Below, one piece after another: positions 1 through 11,533 of a DNA stretch of 64,000 nucleotides; within the stretch, counting starts at the first letter, position 1; each line of letters opens with the position of its first letter. The DNA lies in NCBI GenBank assembly GCA_945861415.1, contig CAMAUV010000004.1:75296-139295 (forward strand). The letters run 5' to 3'. Origin of the DNA: Akkermansia muciniphila. GTDB taxonomy: Bacteria; Verrucomicrobiota; Verrucomicrobiia; Verrucomicrobiales; V1-33. The notes under the pieces are model-generated. The model was not told the origin of the DNA and did no database searches. It saw only the letters and a list, made by a program, of their open reading frames with translations. A program made the position numbers and the translations under genes.

Positions 1-69
1 GATCATCTGAACCTCGTCCGCCAATGCATGGCTGGCGGCAGAAAGCAAAACAATGAAGGCAATGCGCAT
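1..69 (-). CDS. partial CDS (5' end only), exported protein of unknown function continuing beyond the left edge
   Basis: Minus-strand ATG at 69..67 followed by MRIAFIVLLSAASHALADEVQMI, which looks like a signal peptide. Only 23 codons are visible. Confidence 0.3.
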   Translation of the reverse strand, partial: MRIAFIVLLSAASHALADEVQMI

Positions 70-420
70 AGAGAGGTGTCCGAACGGTGGTCGCTGGCAG
101 AAATTTTCAGCTACTTGCTCCCCATCTGTGTTTTGCCGTAGAAAAGGCCGCAACCACTATGGCGGACGTTATTTCTCAAGGCTTTGTAGTCCCCCGCTTC
201 ACAGCAGTGCAGCGGTCGGGAGCAAGCGCCAGCGCGGGGAAGAGGAGCGTTACGGCGGGCAGAGCTTTCATCGCTGCTTGCCTGGTGGGTCTGAATCATT
301 CGGGCTAAAATGACCGAACGGCAGCGAAATACTCTTTCGGTTCCTGTGCCTCTTGTGGGCGACTGGCGGGGAAGGAACGCAATTTGTGCGCACCCAGCCA
401 CCTACCTACAGCGTTAATTC

Positions 421-1650
421 GTGATGCACACTATTTACTTCGCGATTTTTACCCTTTACTGCCTTACCCTTTCCGCCTTCGCCAGCCCGCACTGGGATCA
501 GTGGCGGGGGCCCAAACGGGATGGGACCGTGGAGGGCGCGAAGTGGCCAGACAAATTGGACAGCGCGAAGCAACTCTGGCGCATGCCGCTGGGAAGCAGT
601 TATTCCGGCCCGGTCACGAACGGCAAGTTGGTCTTCACCACTGAGAGTAAGGACAAGCAGTTTGAAGTCGCTCACGCTGTGGATGCAGAAAACGGTAAAA
701 TCGTGTGGTCAGCGCAGTGGGAGGGACATCAGGGCGTGCCATTTTTCGCGAAGCGAAACGGAGACTGGATTCGTTCCACGCCTGCTATTGATGAGCGCAC
801 TCTTTTTGTCAGCGGGATGCAGGATGTGCTGGTCGCCCTCAACATCGCCGATGGTAAAGAAAAGTGGCGCGTCAATTTCCCAAAGGATCTCCAAGCGGGG
901 AGCCAAGCGTTCGGCTACGTGGCCTCGCCAATGGTGGACGGCGAGTACCTCTATGCACACGTAGGCGCTGGACTGTGCAAGCTTAACCGGGCAACCGGAA
1001 AGCTCATCTGGCGCAGCATGGATGACGGTGGCGGCATGATGGGCGGCAGCTTTTCCTCACCTGTTATCGCCAACGTGGCCGGAAAGCGCCAAGTGGTCGC
1101 TCAGGGTCGCACAGAACTGAGCGGGCTCGACGTCGACAATGGTACGGTGATCTGGAGTCAGGCGGTGAAGTCTTTCCGCGGCATGAACATTTACACTCCG
1201 GTAGTTTTGGGCAGCCGCATTTTCACCAGTGCCTATGGAGGACAGTCGCAGGCATGGGAGATCGGCAAGGATGGCGAAGCCATGAAGCCGGCTCTCGCAT
1301 GGGAGCACAAGTCAGAGGGCTACATGTCCACGCCGGTGATCGTGGAAGGCAAAGTCTACATGCATCTGCGCAATCAGAAGTTCGCCTGCATGGACCTTGC
1401 CTCCGGCAAGCAACTCTGGATCAGCGAGCAAAGGTTCGGTGAATACATGAGCTTGATTGTGCAAGGGGATCGCATTCTGGCGCTTGATATGAAAGGTGTG
1501 CTTTACCTCATTAAAGCCAACTCGGAGAAGCTCGAAATCCTCAGCGAAAAAAAGGTCAGCGACGAGGAATGCTGGGCCCATCTGGCGGTGGAGGACGGGC
1601 GTCTCTACATTCGCGAATTGAAGGGACTGAGCGCATGGCAATGGAAATAG
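421..1650 (+). CDS. secreted PQQ-like beta-propeller repeat protein (BamB/PQQ-enzyme-repeat family)
   Basis: 409-aa ORF with a signal-like N-terminus (FTLYCLTLSAFA) and a HWDQWRGPKRDG motif. Blade signatures recur (NGKIVWSAQ, DGKEKWRV, TGKLIWRS, NGTVIWSQ, SGKQLWIS). Start is GTG 421 or ATG 424. Confidence 0.8.
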   Translation: MMHTIYFAIFTLYCLTLSAFASPHWDQWRGPKRDGTVEGAKWPDKLDSAKQLWRMPLGSSYSGPVTNGKLVFTTESKDKQFEVAHAVDAENGKIVWSAQWEGHQGVPFFAKRNGDWIRSTPAIDERTLFVSGMQDVLVALNIADGKEKWRVNFPKDLQAGSQAFGYVASPMVDGEYLYAHVGAGLCKLNRATGKLIWRSMDDGGGMMGGSFSSPVIANVAGKRQVVAQGRTELSGLDVDNGTVIWSQAVKSFRGMNIYTPVVLGSRIFTSAYGGQSQAWEIGKDGEAMKPALAWEHKSEGYMSTPVIVEGKVYMHLRNQKFACMDLASGKQLWISEQRFGEYMSLIVQGDRILALDMKGVLYLIKANSEKLEILSEKKVSDEECWAHLAVEDGRLYIRELKGLSAWQWK

Positions 1651-1711
1651 TTTTCGGGCCCAGACGGCACTTGTGAAAATGTAGCCGGGGCACGAAACGT
1701 TGGTAAGAACC

Positions 1712-4700
1712 ATGCGTCTTTTTACCATCCTGCTTTTCCCGGCGGCCGCAGCAGCGACAGTGCCTGAAAAGGTGGACTTCAATGTTCACGTTAAGCCCAT
1801 CCTCTCAGACCGGTGCTTTTTTTGCCATGGTCCTGACGACAAAAAGCGTGAGGCCGAATTGCGTCTGGATACCAAGGAGGGGGCGTTCCGGGCGCTGTAA
1901 GATGGCTGGCATGTCATCGCTCCCGGCGATCCCTCGAAGAGTGCGGTCATTGACCGCATCTACAGCACGGATCCGTCGGAGGTCATGCCGCCACCGGAGT
2001 CGAAACTGACTCTGACTGATGAGGAAAAGACCATCCTCAAAAAGTGGGTGGAGCAGGGAGCCGAATGGAGGGGGCACTGGTCATTTCTGCCCTTCGCGCC
2101 ACCGCCGATGCCGCCCGTGCCTCTAGGTGGTAATGAGATCGATGCCTTCGTCGGCGCCTCGCTGGCAAAGTCGGGGCAGTCGCTGCGCAACCCCGCGCCG
2201 CGGAAGACCCTCATCCGGCGCGTGGCCTTTACTCTCACTGGACTGCCTCCAGCGGTGGAGGAGATGGATGCTTTTCTCGCCGACTCTTCGCCAGAGGCTT
2301 TTGCCAAGGTGGTGAACATGTATCTTTCCCGGCCGGATTACGACGAGCGAATGGCGGCGGACTGGATGGATGTGGCGCGCTACGCGGACACCTACGGTTA
2401 CCAGAGTGATCGGCATCGCGAGATGTCGCCTTGGCGGGATTGGGTCATTCGTGCTTTGAACGAAAACCTGCCGTATGATCAATTTATTACATGGCAGCTT
2501 GCCGGGGATTTACTCGAAAAGCCCTCGCGAGAGCAGGTGCTGGCTACCGCCTTCAACCGTCTGCACCGCCAGACGAATGAAGGCGGAAGTGTGGATGAGG
2601 AATACCGCGTCGAGTATGTTAACGACCGCACCACTACCTACGGCACCGCTTTTCTAGGGCTGACCTTCGAGTGCAGCCGCTGTCACGATCACAAATACGA
2701 TCCGGTTTCGGTGCGCGACTTTTATTCGCTCACGTCTTTCTTTGCGAATATTCAGGAGAGCGGGTTATACAGTCACTTTACCAATTCCACGCCAGCGCCG
2801 GGACTGGTGCTGAGCACGCCGGAGCAGGACGCCAAAGCTGCGGAGGCGGAGCAGGCGATCGCAGTTCAGTCGGCAAAATTAAGGGCGCTGCGCGGGGAGC
2901 GGCGTGCACAGTTTGAGAAGTGGCTTGCTGCGCGTCCGGTGACGCTGACGGTGCCGGATTGCACCGGCGACTACCCATTTGAAACTTTGGACGGCAATCA
3001 GTCGCCAAACGCCGTTACGGACAAGGCGCCGGCGAAAGCCTTCGAAGGACCGGCGCTCACGTCCGGCAAAACGGGTAATGCTCTGCTGCTGGATGGCGAG
3101 AATGGCGCTAAGTTGAGCGAGGGCGACGGATTTACGCGCGATGATCCGTTTACGGTCGCGCTGTGGCTCCAAGTGCCGGCGGTGACGGATCGTGCAGTTG
3201 TCTTTCACCGCAGCAAAGCGTGGTCGGATGCGGGAAGTCAGGGCTATGAAATGCTGATCGAAAACGGGAAACTCACCGCCAGCGTAATCCATTTCTGGCC
3301 GGGCAATGCTGTGAGTATTCGCACGAAAGCCGCGCTGCCCGTGAGCGAGTGGACGCATGTTACCATGAGTTACGATGGCAGCAGTCGGGCGCAGGGGTTG
3401 GGCATCCGGATCAACGGGATGCGTGCGGAATGCGATGTTGTCTGGGACAAGCTTTATAACAGCATCAACGAGTCGGGCGTGAATGAAATCACGATCGGTC
3501 AACGGTTTCGAGACCGCGGTCTGAAGGGTGGCAAGGTAGATGGATTCAAGGTATTCACCCGCGTGCTCAGCGACTTGGAAGTCGCACAACTCGCCGGCGT
3601 GCCTGCGGCGGCAGGCGAGGAAGCGCTCTACGATTACTGGCTGAGTGCGCTGGATGAAAATTACCGCAGGGAATCGACGGAGCTTACGGAGCTCCGCAAA
3701 AAGCGCAGCGCTCTGGTAGACGGTATTCCTGAGATAATGGTCATGGAGGAAAGTGCTCAGCCAAAAAAACCTTCCTCCTCGATCGCGGGGCCTATGACAG
3801 CCGCGGTGAGGCAGTGCAGGCTGGTGTGCCCGCTGCTATCATGCCTTAGGATGCAGCATGGCCCAAAAACCGCCTAGGCCTTGCCAAATGGACTACCGAT
3901 CCGCGGAATCCATTGCCCGCCCGGGTCGTGGTGAACCGCTTTTGGGCACAGATGTTTGGCCACGGCCTCGTAGCTACCCCGGAGGATTTCGGGAATCAGG
4001 GCCGTCTGCCCGCAAACCCGGAATTGCTCGACTGGCTGGCGCAGGAATTTATGCGCAGCGGATGGGACGTGAAGCGATTGCTGCGCACCATCGCGCTCAG
4101 CCGCACATGGCGTCAGGACAGCGGCGTCACGCGGGAGGAACTCGCCGCCGATCCGGAGAATACCCAACTTTCCAGCGGTCCGCGCTTCCGCCTCCCGGCG
4201 GAGATGCTGCGTGACCAGGCGCTGGCAGTTTCCGGTCTCCTCGTTCCCAAAATTGGCGGCCCTAGTGTGAGGCCGTATCAACCGGCCGGCATCTGGGAGG
4301 AGAAGGGTGGTGGCTGGAAATACACGCCGGACAAAGGTGAGGGCCTCTACCGCCGGAGTCTCTACACTTATTGGAAGCGGGTGGCGCCCCCTGCAGCCAT
4401 GGAGACGTTCGATTCTGCCACGCGTGAGGTCTGCGAAGTGAAGCGTCAGGTCACCACCACGCCCCTCTAGGCATTGTCATTGCTCAACGACGTACAGCAC
4501 CTTGAAGCCTCCCGTGTGACCGCCCAGCAGTTACTGAAAAAGCACGGAGTCAATGCCGCCGCGGCAGTCGAGGAAGCATTCCGACTCGCCACCGCCCGCA
4601 AGCCGTTGGAAAAAGAGTTTGTGATTCTGCTGAAGCTGCATGCGTGGCAACTCGAACGCTTCCGCACGGACGTCGCTGCCGCCGCCGTGCTTCTGAAAAA

Positions 4701-4806
4701 TGGGGACTCTCCGGCTCCCGCGGATGTCGATCCTGCATCCCTTGCGGCACTCACCATGACCGTCAGCACAGTCATGAATCATGCGGAGTCTGTCCTGCTG
4801 CGTTGA
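1712..4806 (+). pseudogene. disrupted DUF1549/DUF1553 family protein (PSCyt1 cytochrome-like N-terminus, LamG-like middle, PSD C-terminus)
   Basis: One colinear reading spans ORF-track fragments 1700-1900, 1985-3877, 3913-4470 and 4474-4806. Motifs: [48 protein letters not shown], and a LamG-like block (GNALLLDG...WTHVTMSYDG). Lesions: TAA 1898-1900, a frame change at the A7 run 3763-3769, TAG 3847-3849 and TAG 4468-4470. Domain order matches the intact paralog at 56090-59557. Confidence 0.85.
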
Positions 4807-4866
4807 AAGACTTTGCGCAAATTCTGATGAAGCTCACGGCATTTAGTATGGAGGCGGCTGCCGCAG

Positions 4867-7800
4867 ATGCGTAAAGTAGTGAGTATTATGCTTTCTCTCA
4901 TGCAACCCGCTCGATTTTTATCCCTTGCTGCCGCTCTCACTCTCACCGGAGCGGCACACGCCCAGCGTCTTGAAGTGCTCTTCCTCGGGGCCAAAGGCGG
5001 CCACACTCCTATTGAGCGCTTCCCGGAATTGCTCCGCGGTGTTGGCCCCCTAGGGGTCAACCTTACCTTCACTGACAACATGGAGGATGTGAATGCCGCA
5101 AACCTTGCGCAATATGATGCGCTGATGATCTACGCGAACATTGACACTATCGCCTCGGCGCAGGAAAAGGCGATGCTGGAGTACGTTCGTGGAGGCAAGG
5201 GCCTCGTGCCCCTGCACTGTGCGAGCTACTGTTTCCGCAACTCCATGCAATATGTGGCGATGGTGGGCGGTCAGTTCAAGTCCCATGGATCGGGCATCTT
5301 CAGTACGAAAATCGAGGACGCTCGTCACCCGATTATGAAGGGCTTCACGCCTTTCGAGACATGGGACGAGACCTACGTCCACCACATGCACGGGTCTGGT
5401 CGCCACATTCTCCAGACCCGCGAGGGCGAGCCGTGGACATGGACGCGCAGCGAGGGAAAAGGCCGGGTCTTTTACACAGCCTACGGACATGATACCCGCA
5501 CATGGACCAACCGAGGATTCCATGATCTCGTGTTTAGGGGCACAGTCTGGGCTGTGGGCGAAGAGCGCGCTGCAAAATTCAATCAAAGTAAACCGGCTGC
5601 CCTCACGTACGCCGACCACCCCGGTATTCCCAACTACGAACGCCGCAATCCCGCGCCCAAACTCCAAAACCCGCTGAGTGTTGAGGAGAGTCAGAAGCAC
5701 ATCCAGATTCCCGCCAGCTATGAAATGAGCGTCATCGCCACCGAGCCGATGATTTACAATGTCATCGACATGAAGTGGGATGAGCGAGGCCGCCTCTGGG
5801 TCGTGGAAACAAAGGACTACCCTAACGTGATTCTCGACCACCCCAGCGGCAACGACCGCGTGAGTGTGCTGGAGGACACGGACGGCGATGGAAAGATGGA
5901 CAAGCACACTGTCTTCGCAGACAAGATCAATATTCCCACCTCGCTTGCCCTCGCGAATGGCGGCGTCGTCGTCACGGCAGCGCCAGAGACCTTCTTCCTC
6001 AAGGATACCAACGGCGATGACAAGGCGGACGAGCGCACGGTGCTCTTCGGCGGCTGGGGCAAGGGCGATACCCACGCCGGCCCCAGCAACATCCGTTACG
6101 GCTTTGACGGATGGGTCTGGGGCACCGTCGGCTACAGTGGATTCAACGGCACTGTCGGCGGCGAACAGCATCGCTTTGGGCAGGGCGCTTTCCGCTTCAA
6201 GCCTGATGGATCAAAGTTGGAATTCCTCGGCCCCACTTCCAACAACACATGGGGCATGGGTATCAGCGAAAACGGCGACGTTTTTGGCAGTACCGCCAAT
6301 GGACAGACCAGTTGGTACATTCCTGTCCCGTGGTCGCTGGCGAAGGGCGTAGAGGGTTTTGAAATCGCTGCCCGCGTCCCAGGCATCGACACGAACAAGA
6401 AGATGTGGACCATCATGGACAAGTTGCGTCAAGTGGACGTCTTCGGCGGCTACACTGCCGCCGCGGGCCACGAAATCTACACAGCGCGCAGCTACCCGCA
6501 GGACTGTTGGAACCGCCTCGCACTTATTACCGAGCCGACCGGCCACGTTGTGTATCAGGCCAAGCTAACGCAAAACGGTACGAGTTTCACCGCAGACAAT
6601 GCATGGAACCTCTTCGCCGGCGCAGACGAGTGGGTCGCCCCCGTCGTGGCCACCACCGGACCGGACGGCGCGGTCTGGATTAGTGACTGGTATTCGTTCC
6701 TCATACAGCACAACCCCACCCCCAGCGAAGTCCGCGGCGGATTCAATGCTCAAAATGGCAGGGGTAACGCCTTCGTTTCTGATCTGCGCGACACCGAGCG
6801 CTGCCGCCTCTACCGTGTGAGCTACAAGGCAGGTAAGCCATCGAAGCAATTCAAGCTGAGCAAAGACAAGCCGACGGAACTTCTCGCCGCCCTCCAGAGT
6901 GATAATCTCGGCTGGCGCCTGCACGCCCAGCGTCTGCTCATCGAAGGTCAGCACGCGAGCGTAAAGGCCGACCTACTCAAACTTCTCGCAGACACTTCGG
7001 TGGACGCCGTTGGCGTGAACGGAGCTGCCATTGGCGCGCTCTGGACATTCTACGGACTCGGCCTCACCACAAATTCTGAAGTGCGCGCCGCTATTAACAC
7101 CGCCCTTCAGCATCCATCGCAGGGAGTGCGCCGAGCCGCCGTCAAAGTTTTGCCCCGCGATGCCGCTGCCGTCACCGCCATTGTGCCGCTGCTCGCTGAC
7201 AAGGAACCCCTCGTGCGCCTTACTACCCTCAATGAACTTTGCACCCTCCCAGCGAGCGATTCCGCCGGCCGTGCCATCCATGCGATGGAGAAAGATCAGG
7301 CCAATCTCACCGACCGCTGGCTCCCCATTGCCCGCATTCTGGCCGCCGCGCGCCACGGTGCCGGATTCCTCGCTGCTGCCATAGCCTCTGCCCCTGCAGG
7401 CGAGGCCCCAAAAAAGGAGGAGCCCAAAGCGGAGGCTAAAAACCTCTTCATGAATCCCGGCGCCGAAGAAGCTGCCGGTGAATTGCCCGCTCACTGGCGT
7501 GCGCGTACCTACTCCGGCAGCGCTAAGCACAGCATCGCCAGCCCCGGCCGCAGCGGAAAAAACGCCTTCTTCATTGATTCCGCTGGTGGTTCCGATTCCA
7601 GCTTCCACTTCGATCTCGATCTCATCCCAGGCCACGACTACCTGCTCGCCGGCTGGATCAAAACAGATAACCTAAAGACCCTCGGCGGCGGCAAGGGAGC
7701 AATGCTCCAACTCCACTTTCTGAACGACAGTCAGCCCGCCAGCCGGGCCCTCACGGGCACCAGCGACTGGACCCGCGTCGAGCTAAAATTTTCAACCAAA

Positions 7801-8481
7801 GGCCAGCGTGGCTTCAGCATCAACCTGCTCTACGGAGGCTGGGGTCACGCTACCGGCAAAGCATGGTGGGATGACCTAGAACTCACCGACCTCGGCCCCA
7901 GCGCTGGCGGACTCGCTGGTTCCCTCGTTGACCCCGTCCCCGTCGTTGCTCAAAATCTCGCCAAGCTCAACAATCCTGATGCCCTCGCAGGCGTCCAGCA
8001 AGCCGCCGCCGCAAAGCCTTCCGTTCTCAGTGCTACCATATTGAAAAGCCTCGGTGCCGCCCCTATCACCACTGCTGTTGAAGAGACCGAAGAAGAACTG
8101 GCCAAAACGCACCAGGTTCTTAAAGTGAAGTCCACCCTCGGCACTCTCATGTATGACGTGAAGGAGCTGGAAGTGAAAGCGGGCAAGCCGGTCGCGATCA
8201 TTTACGAAAACCCCGACGCCCTCCAGCATAACCTCATCGTGGGCGCTCCCGGGAGCTATGAGAAACTCGGAGCCGCCGCCGACAAAATGCTCACTGATCC
8301 GCAGGGAATGGCCAAGAGCTACGTGCCCGACGCCGTCGATGTCCTCGCCAAAAGCAAACTCCTAGATCCCGGCCAAAAAGCTGTTATCAAGTTCACCCCC
8401 GAGAAGCCTGGAGATTACCCTTACTTTTGCACCTTCCCGGCGCACTGGCGCATTATGCACGGCATTATCAGAGCGAAATAG
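4867..8481 (+). CDS. ThuA-like domain + PVC-type membrane-bound-dehydrogenase beta-propeller + HEAT repeats + carbohydrate-binding-like module + C-terminal azurin/plastocyanin-type cupredoxin
   Basis: 1204-aa ORF with a signal peptide ([15 protein letters not shown]). ThuA-like N-terminus ([12 protein letters not shown]...[10 protein letters not shown]) and a propeller core ([40 protein letters not shown]). The C-terminal blue-copper ligand pattern is QHNL...[16 protein letters not shown] (His, Cys, His, Met). Confidence 0.85.
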   Translation: MRKVVSIMLSLMQPARFLSLAAALTLTGAAHAQRLEVLFLGAKGGHTPIERFPELLRGVGPLGVNLTFTDNMEDVNAANLAQYDALMIYANIDTIASAQEKAMLEYVRGGKGLVPLHCASYCFRNSMQYVAMVGGQFKSHGSGIFSTKIEDARHPIMKGFTPFETWDETYVHHMHGSGRHILQTREGEPWTWTRSEGKGRVFYTAYGHDTRTWTNRGFHDLVFRGTVWAVGEERAAKFNQSKPAALTYADHPGIPNYERRNPAPKLQNPLSVEESQKHIQIPASYEMSVIATEPMIYNVIDMKWDERGRLWVVETKDYPNVILDHPSGNDRVSVLEDTDGDGKMDKHTVFADKINIPTSLALANGGVVVTAAPETFFLKDTNGDDKADERTVLFGGWGKGDTHAGPSNIRYGFDGWVWGTVGYSGFNGTVGGEQHRFGQGAFRFKPDGSKLEFLGPTSNNTWGMGISENGDVFGSTANGQTSWYIPVPWSLAKGVEGFEIAARVPGIDTNKKMWTIMDKLRQVDVFGGYTAAAGHEIYTARSYPQDCWNRLALITEPTGHVVYQAKLTQNGTSFTADNAWNLFAGADEWVAPVVATTGPDGAVWISDWYSFLIQHNPTPSEVRGGFNAQNGRGNAFVSDLRDTERCRLYRVSYKAGKPSKQFKLSKDKPTELLAALQSDNLGWRLHAQRLLIEGQHASVKADLLKLLADTSVDAVGVNGAAIGALWTFYGLGLTTNSEVRAAINTALQHPSQGVRRAAVKVLPRDAAAVTAIVPLLADKEPLVRLTTLNELCTLPASDSAGRAIHAMEKDQANLTDRWLPIARILAAARHGAGFLAAAIASAPAGEAPKKEEPKAEAKNLFMNPGAEEAAGELPAHWRARTYSGSAKHSIASPGRSGKNAFFIDSAGGSDSSFHFDLDLIPGHDYLLAGWIKTDNLKTLGGGKGAMLQLHFLNDSQPASRALTGTSDWTRVELKFSTKGQRGFSINLLYGGWGHATGKAWWDDLELTDLGPSAGGLAGSLVDPVPVVAQNLAKLNNPDALAGVQQAAAAKPSVLSATILKSLGAAPITTAVEETEEELAKTHQVLKVKSTLGTLMYDVKELEVKAGKPVAIIYENPDALQHNLIVGAPGSYEKLGAAADKMLTDPQGMAKSYVPDAVDVLAKSKLLDPGQKAVIKFTPEKPGDYPYFCTFPAHWRIMHGIIRAK

Positions 8482-8588
8482 TCCTCTTCGCGCGCCAGAT
8501 AATTCAACTCAGGTTGCAGGGGATGTTCCTGTCGTGGTTCTCCCGGCTTGCAGTATGGGTTGGGGCTTCCATGATCATGTCTCACTTT

Positions 8589-9365
8589 ATGACTTATCTG
8601 GATTCTCTCTTTTCACTTTCCGGAAAAACAGCCGTCGTCATTGGCGGCACTGGGGAACTCTGTGGAGCGATGGCGGAAGGGCTGGCCGGAGCTGGGGCCG
8701 AGGTGGTGCTGGTGGGGCGCAGTGAGGAGAAGGCAAAGGCCCGCCTGGAAAAGATCGCCGCGGCGGGCGGCAAAGCGTGGTTTTGTCCCGCGGAAGCCAG
8801 CGACCGCGCGAGTCTTGAGGCGCTGCTAGGCGACGTCATCGGCCGCAGCGGCGGCGTGGATATCCTCGTGAACGGGGCAGGTGTGAATTCGCCGACCCCA
8901 TTCCTAGAAATCACTGAAGAAGAATTCGCACGTATTCTGGATGTCAATGTGAAGGGCGTCTTTCTGGGATGTCAGGTCTTCGGGAAATATCTGACGGAGC
9001 GCAGGAAGCCGGCGAGCATTATCAATCTCGGCAGCATGTCCGGTCTCATACCGCTCAGCCGGGTCTTCACTTACTCGCTTAGTAAGGCGGCAGTGCACAA
9101 CCTTGGTAGAAACCTCGCGCGCGAGTGGGCTCCGCTGGGCGTGCGCGTGAATACCTTGGTTCCCGGATTCTTTCCTGCCGAACAAAACCGCAAAGTGCTG
9201 AATGCCGAGCGGGTTGAGAATATCATGCGCCACACTCCCATGAAGCGTTTTGGAGAGGCCAGCGAACTGATCGGCGCCACGCTGTTGCTGGCTGGAGACG
9301 CCGGGAAGTTCATTACGGGTGCCGAGATCGTGGTGGACGGGGGCTATCATGCGATGACGATATGA
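8589..9365 (+). CDS. SDR family oxidoreductase (gluconate-5-dehydrogenase/mannonate-oxidoreductase-like)
   Basis: Rossmann motif [19 protein letters not shown], and catalytic YSLSK (YxxxK). The ORF-track start 8427 overlaps the upstream gene. ATG 8589 ([13 protein letters not shown]) fits usual SDR N-termini; 8571 is also possible. Confidence 0.85.
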   Translation: MTYLDSLFSLSGKTAVVIGGTGELCGAMAEGLAGAGAEVVLVGRSEEKAKARLEKIAAAGGKAWFCPAEASDRASLEALLGDVIGRSGGVDILVNGAGVNSPTPFLEITEEEFARILDVNVKGVFLGCQVFGKYLTERRKPASIINLGSMSGLIPLSRVFTYSLSKAAVHNLGRNLAREWAPLGVRVNTLVPGFFPAEQNRKVLNAERVENIMRHTPMKRFGEASELIGATLLLAGDAGKFITGAEIVVDGGYHAMTI

Positions 9366-9667
9366 AATTCCCGCTGCTTATCGCCGCCGTCGCTTTATCC
9401 GCCTGCCGCAGCACTCCCCCGGCGCGTGTGGGCGGGGTGCCGCGGCTGCCGCAGGGGCTTATGGTGCAGGCGCAACTGCCGGGAAGGCTCATCCTCAGCG
9501 ACCGTTCTCCATGGCAGGTGCAGCCCGCAGGCCAGAGCGCATCCCTCCGCTGGCGTCCCGGCGAGCCCCTCACCGTCATCCGCAGCGGGCATACGGCATG
9601 GCCGTTCCTGCTGCGGAGTCGAGTTTCCGGCGCAGCGGCTTTGGCACGCCCGTCTCCGGTTTTTTGA
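9362..9667 (+). CDS. small hypothetical lipoprotein
   Basis: Its ATG overlaps the SDR stop codon (ATGA at 9362-9365), suggesting translational coupling. [15 protein letters not shown] is a signal peptide with an LSAC lipobox. No recognisable domain. Confidence 0.45.
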   Translation: MKFPLLIAAVALSACRSTPPARVGGVPRLPQGLMVQAQLPGRLILSDRSPWQVQPAGQSASLRWRPGEPLTVIRSGHTAWPFLLRSRVSGAAALARPSPVF

Positions 9668-9674
9668 AAACTGG
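9656..9674. terminator. intergenic hairpin between convergent genes (possible bidirectional terminator)
   Basis: CCGGTTTT-TTG-AAAACTGG is an 8-bp stem (one G-T wobble) spanning the stop of 9362-9667 and lying 20 nt from the stop of the convergent 9695-10159 gene. There is no separate U-tract. Confidence 0.25.
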
Positions 9675-9694
9675 TCCGGCCTGTGCCCGGCGCA

Positions 9695-10159
9695 TTACTT
9701 TCCCTTGGTTCCGGCGGGTGCTTCGCTGCGCCGTCTTCGCCACTGCCAAATCAGCAGCGTGAGTGCGAGGGCGAGGAGCAGGACGTCCTGTGTGATGGCT
9801 TGAGTGTAATTGGTGCCGGACTCCTGCTTTCCAAAGCAACCGCAGCTCACATCCAGTCCGCGCTGCCATGAGTAAACCAATGCCCACAGGAAAACGGCAA
9901 GCATGCCGGCGAGGCAGGCAAGCCCGCCTTCCTCCAGCACCCCCGTCACTAGGGCCAGTCCGCAGAGGATTTCCAGCCATGGCAGTCCCATGGCCACCCA
10001 TGCGGCGTAAGGATCCGGCAAAATGGCAAAGCTGCGGATGTTGAACAGGAAGGCAGCGGGATCCATGGCCTTTATTGCTCCCGTGTAGATGAACAGAGCA
10101 CCCAGCCCGAAGCGCAGGGCGAGCAGGACTATACCAGTGATGGTGCGGGGCATGTTCAT
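9695..10159 (-). CDS. MauE/DoxX-like integral membrane protein
   Basis: 154 aa from MNMPRTITGIVLLALRFGLGALFIYTGAIK, about four hydrophobic helices, and the SCGCFG motif typical of MauE-type proteins. Its ATG overlaps the tsaD stop (ATGA 10156-10159). The longer ORF-track start 10351 lies inside tsaD. Confidence 0.65.
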   Translation of the reverse strand: MNMPRTITGIVLLALRFGLGALFIYTGAIKAMDPAAFLFNIRSFAILPDPYAAWVAMGLPWLEILCGLALVTGVLEEGGLACLAGMLAVFLWALVYSWQRGLDVSCGCFGKQESGTNYTQAITQDVLLLALALTLLIWQWRRRRSEAPAGTKGK

Positions 10160-11172
10160 GCGACGGTAAGCGGCAGGTTGGGGTTCACGTCCTCTTCCAG
10201 CGGGGAACGGTGGCCGGCCTTGAAACGATGGAGCGCGGCGTAGGCGATCATCGCCGCGTTGTCCGTCGTCAGTGCTGGATCGGCGAGATAGAGGTCGAGC
10301 TTTGCCCGTCGGCACTGCTCGGCGAAGACTTCGCGCAGGCGGTGGTTGCAACTCACGCCTCCGCTGACGCTAATACTCCCGGCGCGATACTGGTGGGCTG
10401 CCTTCAGCGACTTCTTCACCACTACGTCCACGATGGCTTCCTGAAAGCTCGCACAGAGATCCGGTATTCGTGCTGTCACGGTTTCCCCAAGCTGCGGAAG
10501 AAGGTAGAGCATGCTGGTTTTCAGTCCACTGAACGAAAACGCATAGTCGCCGCTGTCCAGCATGGAGCGGGGAAAGTCGAAGGCTTTGCGGTCTCCGCGT
10601 CGTGCCTGCCGGTCGATCTCAGGGCCGCCGGGATAGAGAAGCCCCAACATTTTCCCCACCTTGTCGAAAGCCTCGCCAGCCGCATCATCCCGGGAGCGGC
10701 CCAGCACTTCATAATCACCCGGACCCCGCAGATGGAGCAGCATGGTGTGGCCGCCGCTGACGATGAGCGCAATGCTCGGCTGCACGCCCTCGCGATGCCC
10801 AATAAATGGGGAGAGCAGATGCCCCTCCAGATGATTCACGGCGAGGAAGGGGCGTCCGCAGTTGAGCGCGAGGGATTTGGCCAACGTAGAGCCCACGAGG
10901 AGGGAGCTGGCCAGTCCCGGCCCCGAGGTGGCCGCAAAACAATCAACGTCTTCGAGGTGAATGCCTGAATTGTTGATGGCTTGGAGCACCAGCGTGCGAA
11001 TTCGCACGATGTGATTCCGCGAGGCAATCTCCGGCACCACGCCGCCGTAGGGCTGGTGCTCAGGAATCTGAGTGGAAATTTCCGATGCTAGCACCGTCCC
11101 GCTGCCGTCGCAGATCGCGACTGCAGTTTCATCACAGGAAGTTTCCAGAGCCAGAATGACCGGGGAGTGCAT
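10156..11172 (-). CDS. tsaD: tRNA N6-adenosine threonylcarbamoyltransferase
   Basis: 338 aa with ILALETSCDETAVAI, HLEGHL, GGVSCN and the overall Kae1/TsaD layout. Confidence 0.95.
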   Translation of the reverse strand: MHSPVILALETSCDETAVAICDGSGTVLASEISTQIPEHQPYGGVVPEIASRNHIVRIRTLVLQAINNSGIHLEDVDCFAATSGPGLASSLLVGSTLAKSLALNCGRPFLAVNHLEGHLLSPFIGHREGVQPSIALIVSGGHTMLLHLRGPGDYEVLGRSRDDAAGEAFDKVGKMLGLLYPGGPEIDRQARRGDRKAFDFPRSMLDSGDYAFSFSGLKTSMLYLLPQLGETVTARIPDLCASFQEAIVDVVVKKSLKAAHQYRAGSISVSGGVSCNHRLREVFAEQCRRAKLDLYLADPALTTDNAAMIAYAALHRFKAGHRSPLEEDVNPNLPLTVA

Positions 11173-11533
11173 AGAAAGGTAGTCATTGGCGTGCCCTGCG
11201 CTGAGACAACCACGATTCCCGCCGGAGGGCTGATACTATTAGGACCGCGGAGCGCCACCCCTCGGCAGGAGCGGCACAGATGCCGGACAGGCGTTCGTTG
11301 CCGTGGCAGTGAACGCACTAATGCTCCAGCAGCGGCTTCACTTTCTCCCATGTGCCGATGGCGGTAGATAGAGTGGTGGCTCAGCCCGCGGAGAGCAGGG
11401 CAGCAACCGGGGCAATAAAGCAGTGATGGAGAACGTAGACTTTCTGATGCTCCTATTTATACCGGTCGCCTCGAAAACGCTACTTATGGATTCCCCGTTT
11501 CAGTGCAAAATTTGCGCTACCCGGGATCAGTGA

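Noticed and set aside
5050-6171. Long antisense ORFs opposite well-supported genes: 5050-6171(-), 11705-12796(+), 14024-14710(-), 14918-15715(-), 19463-20965(+), 28269-29117(+), 29207-30103(+), 30811-31617(+), 33365-34159(+), 43212-44336(+) and 56342-57196(-).
   Set aside because: Each lies fully inside a longer ORF on the other strand that has clear family motifs. Their translations are low-complexity and Arg/Gly/Ala/His-rich, as expected for stop-poor shadow frames at ~60% GC.
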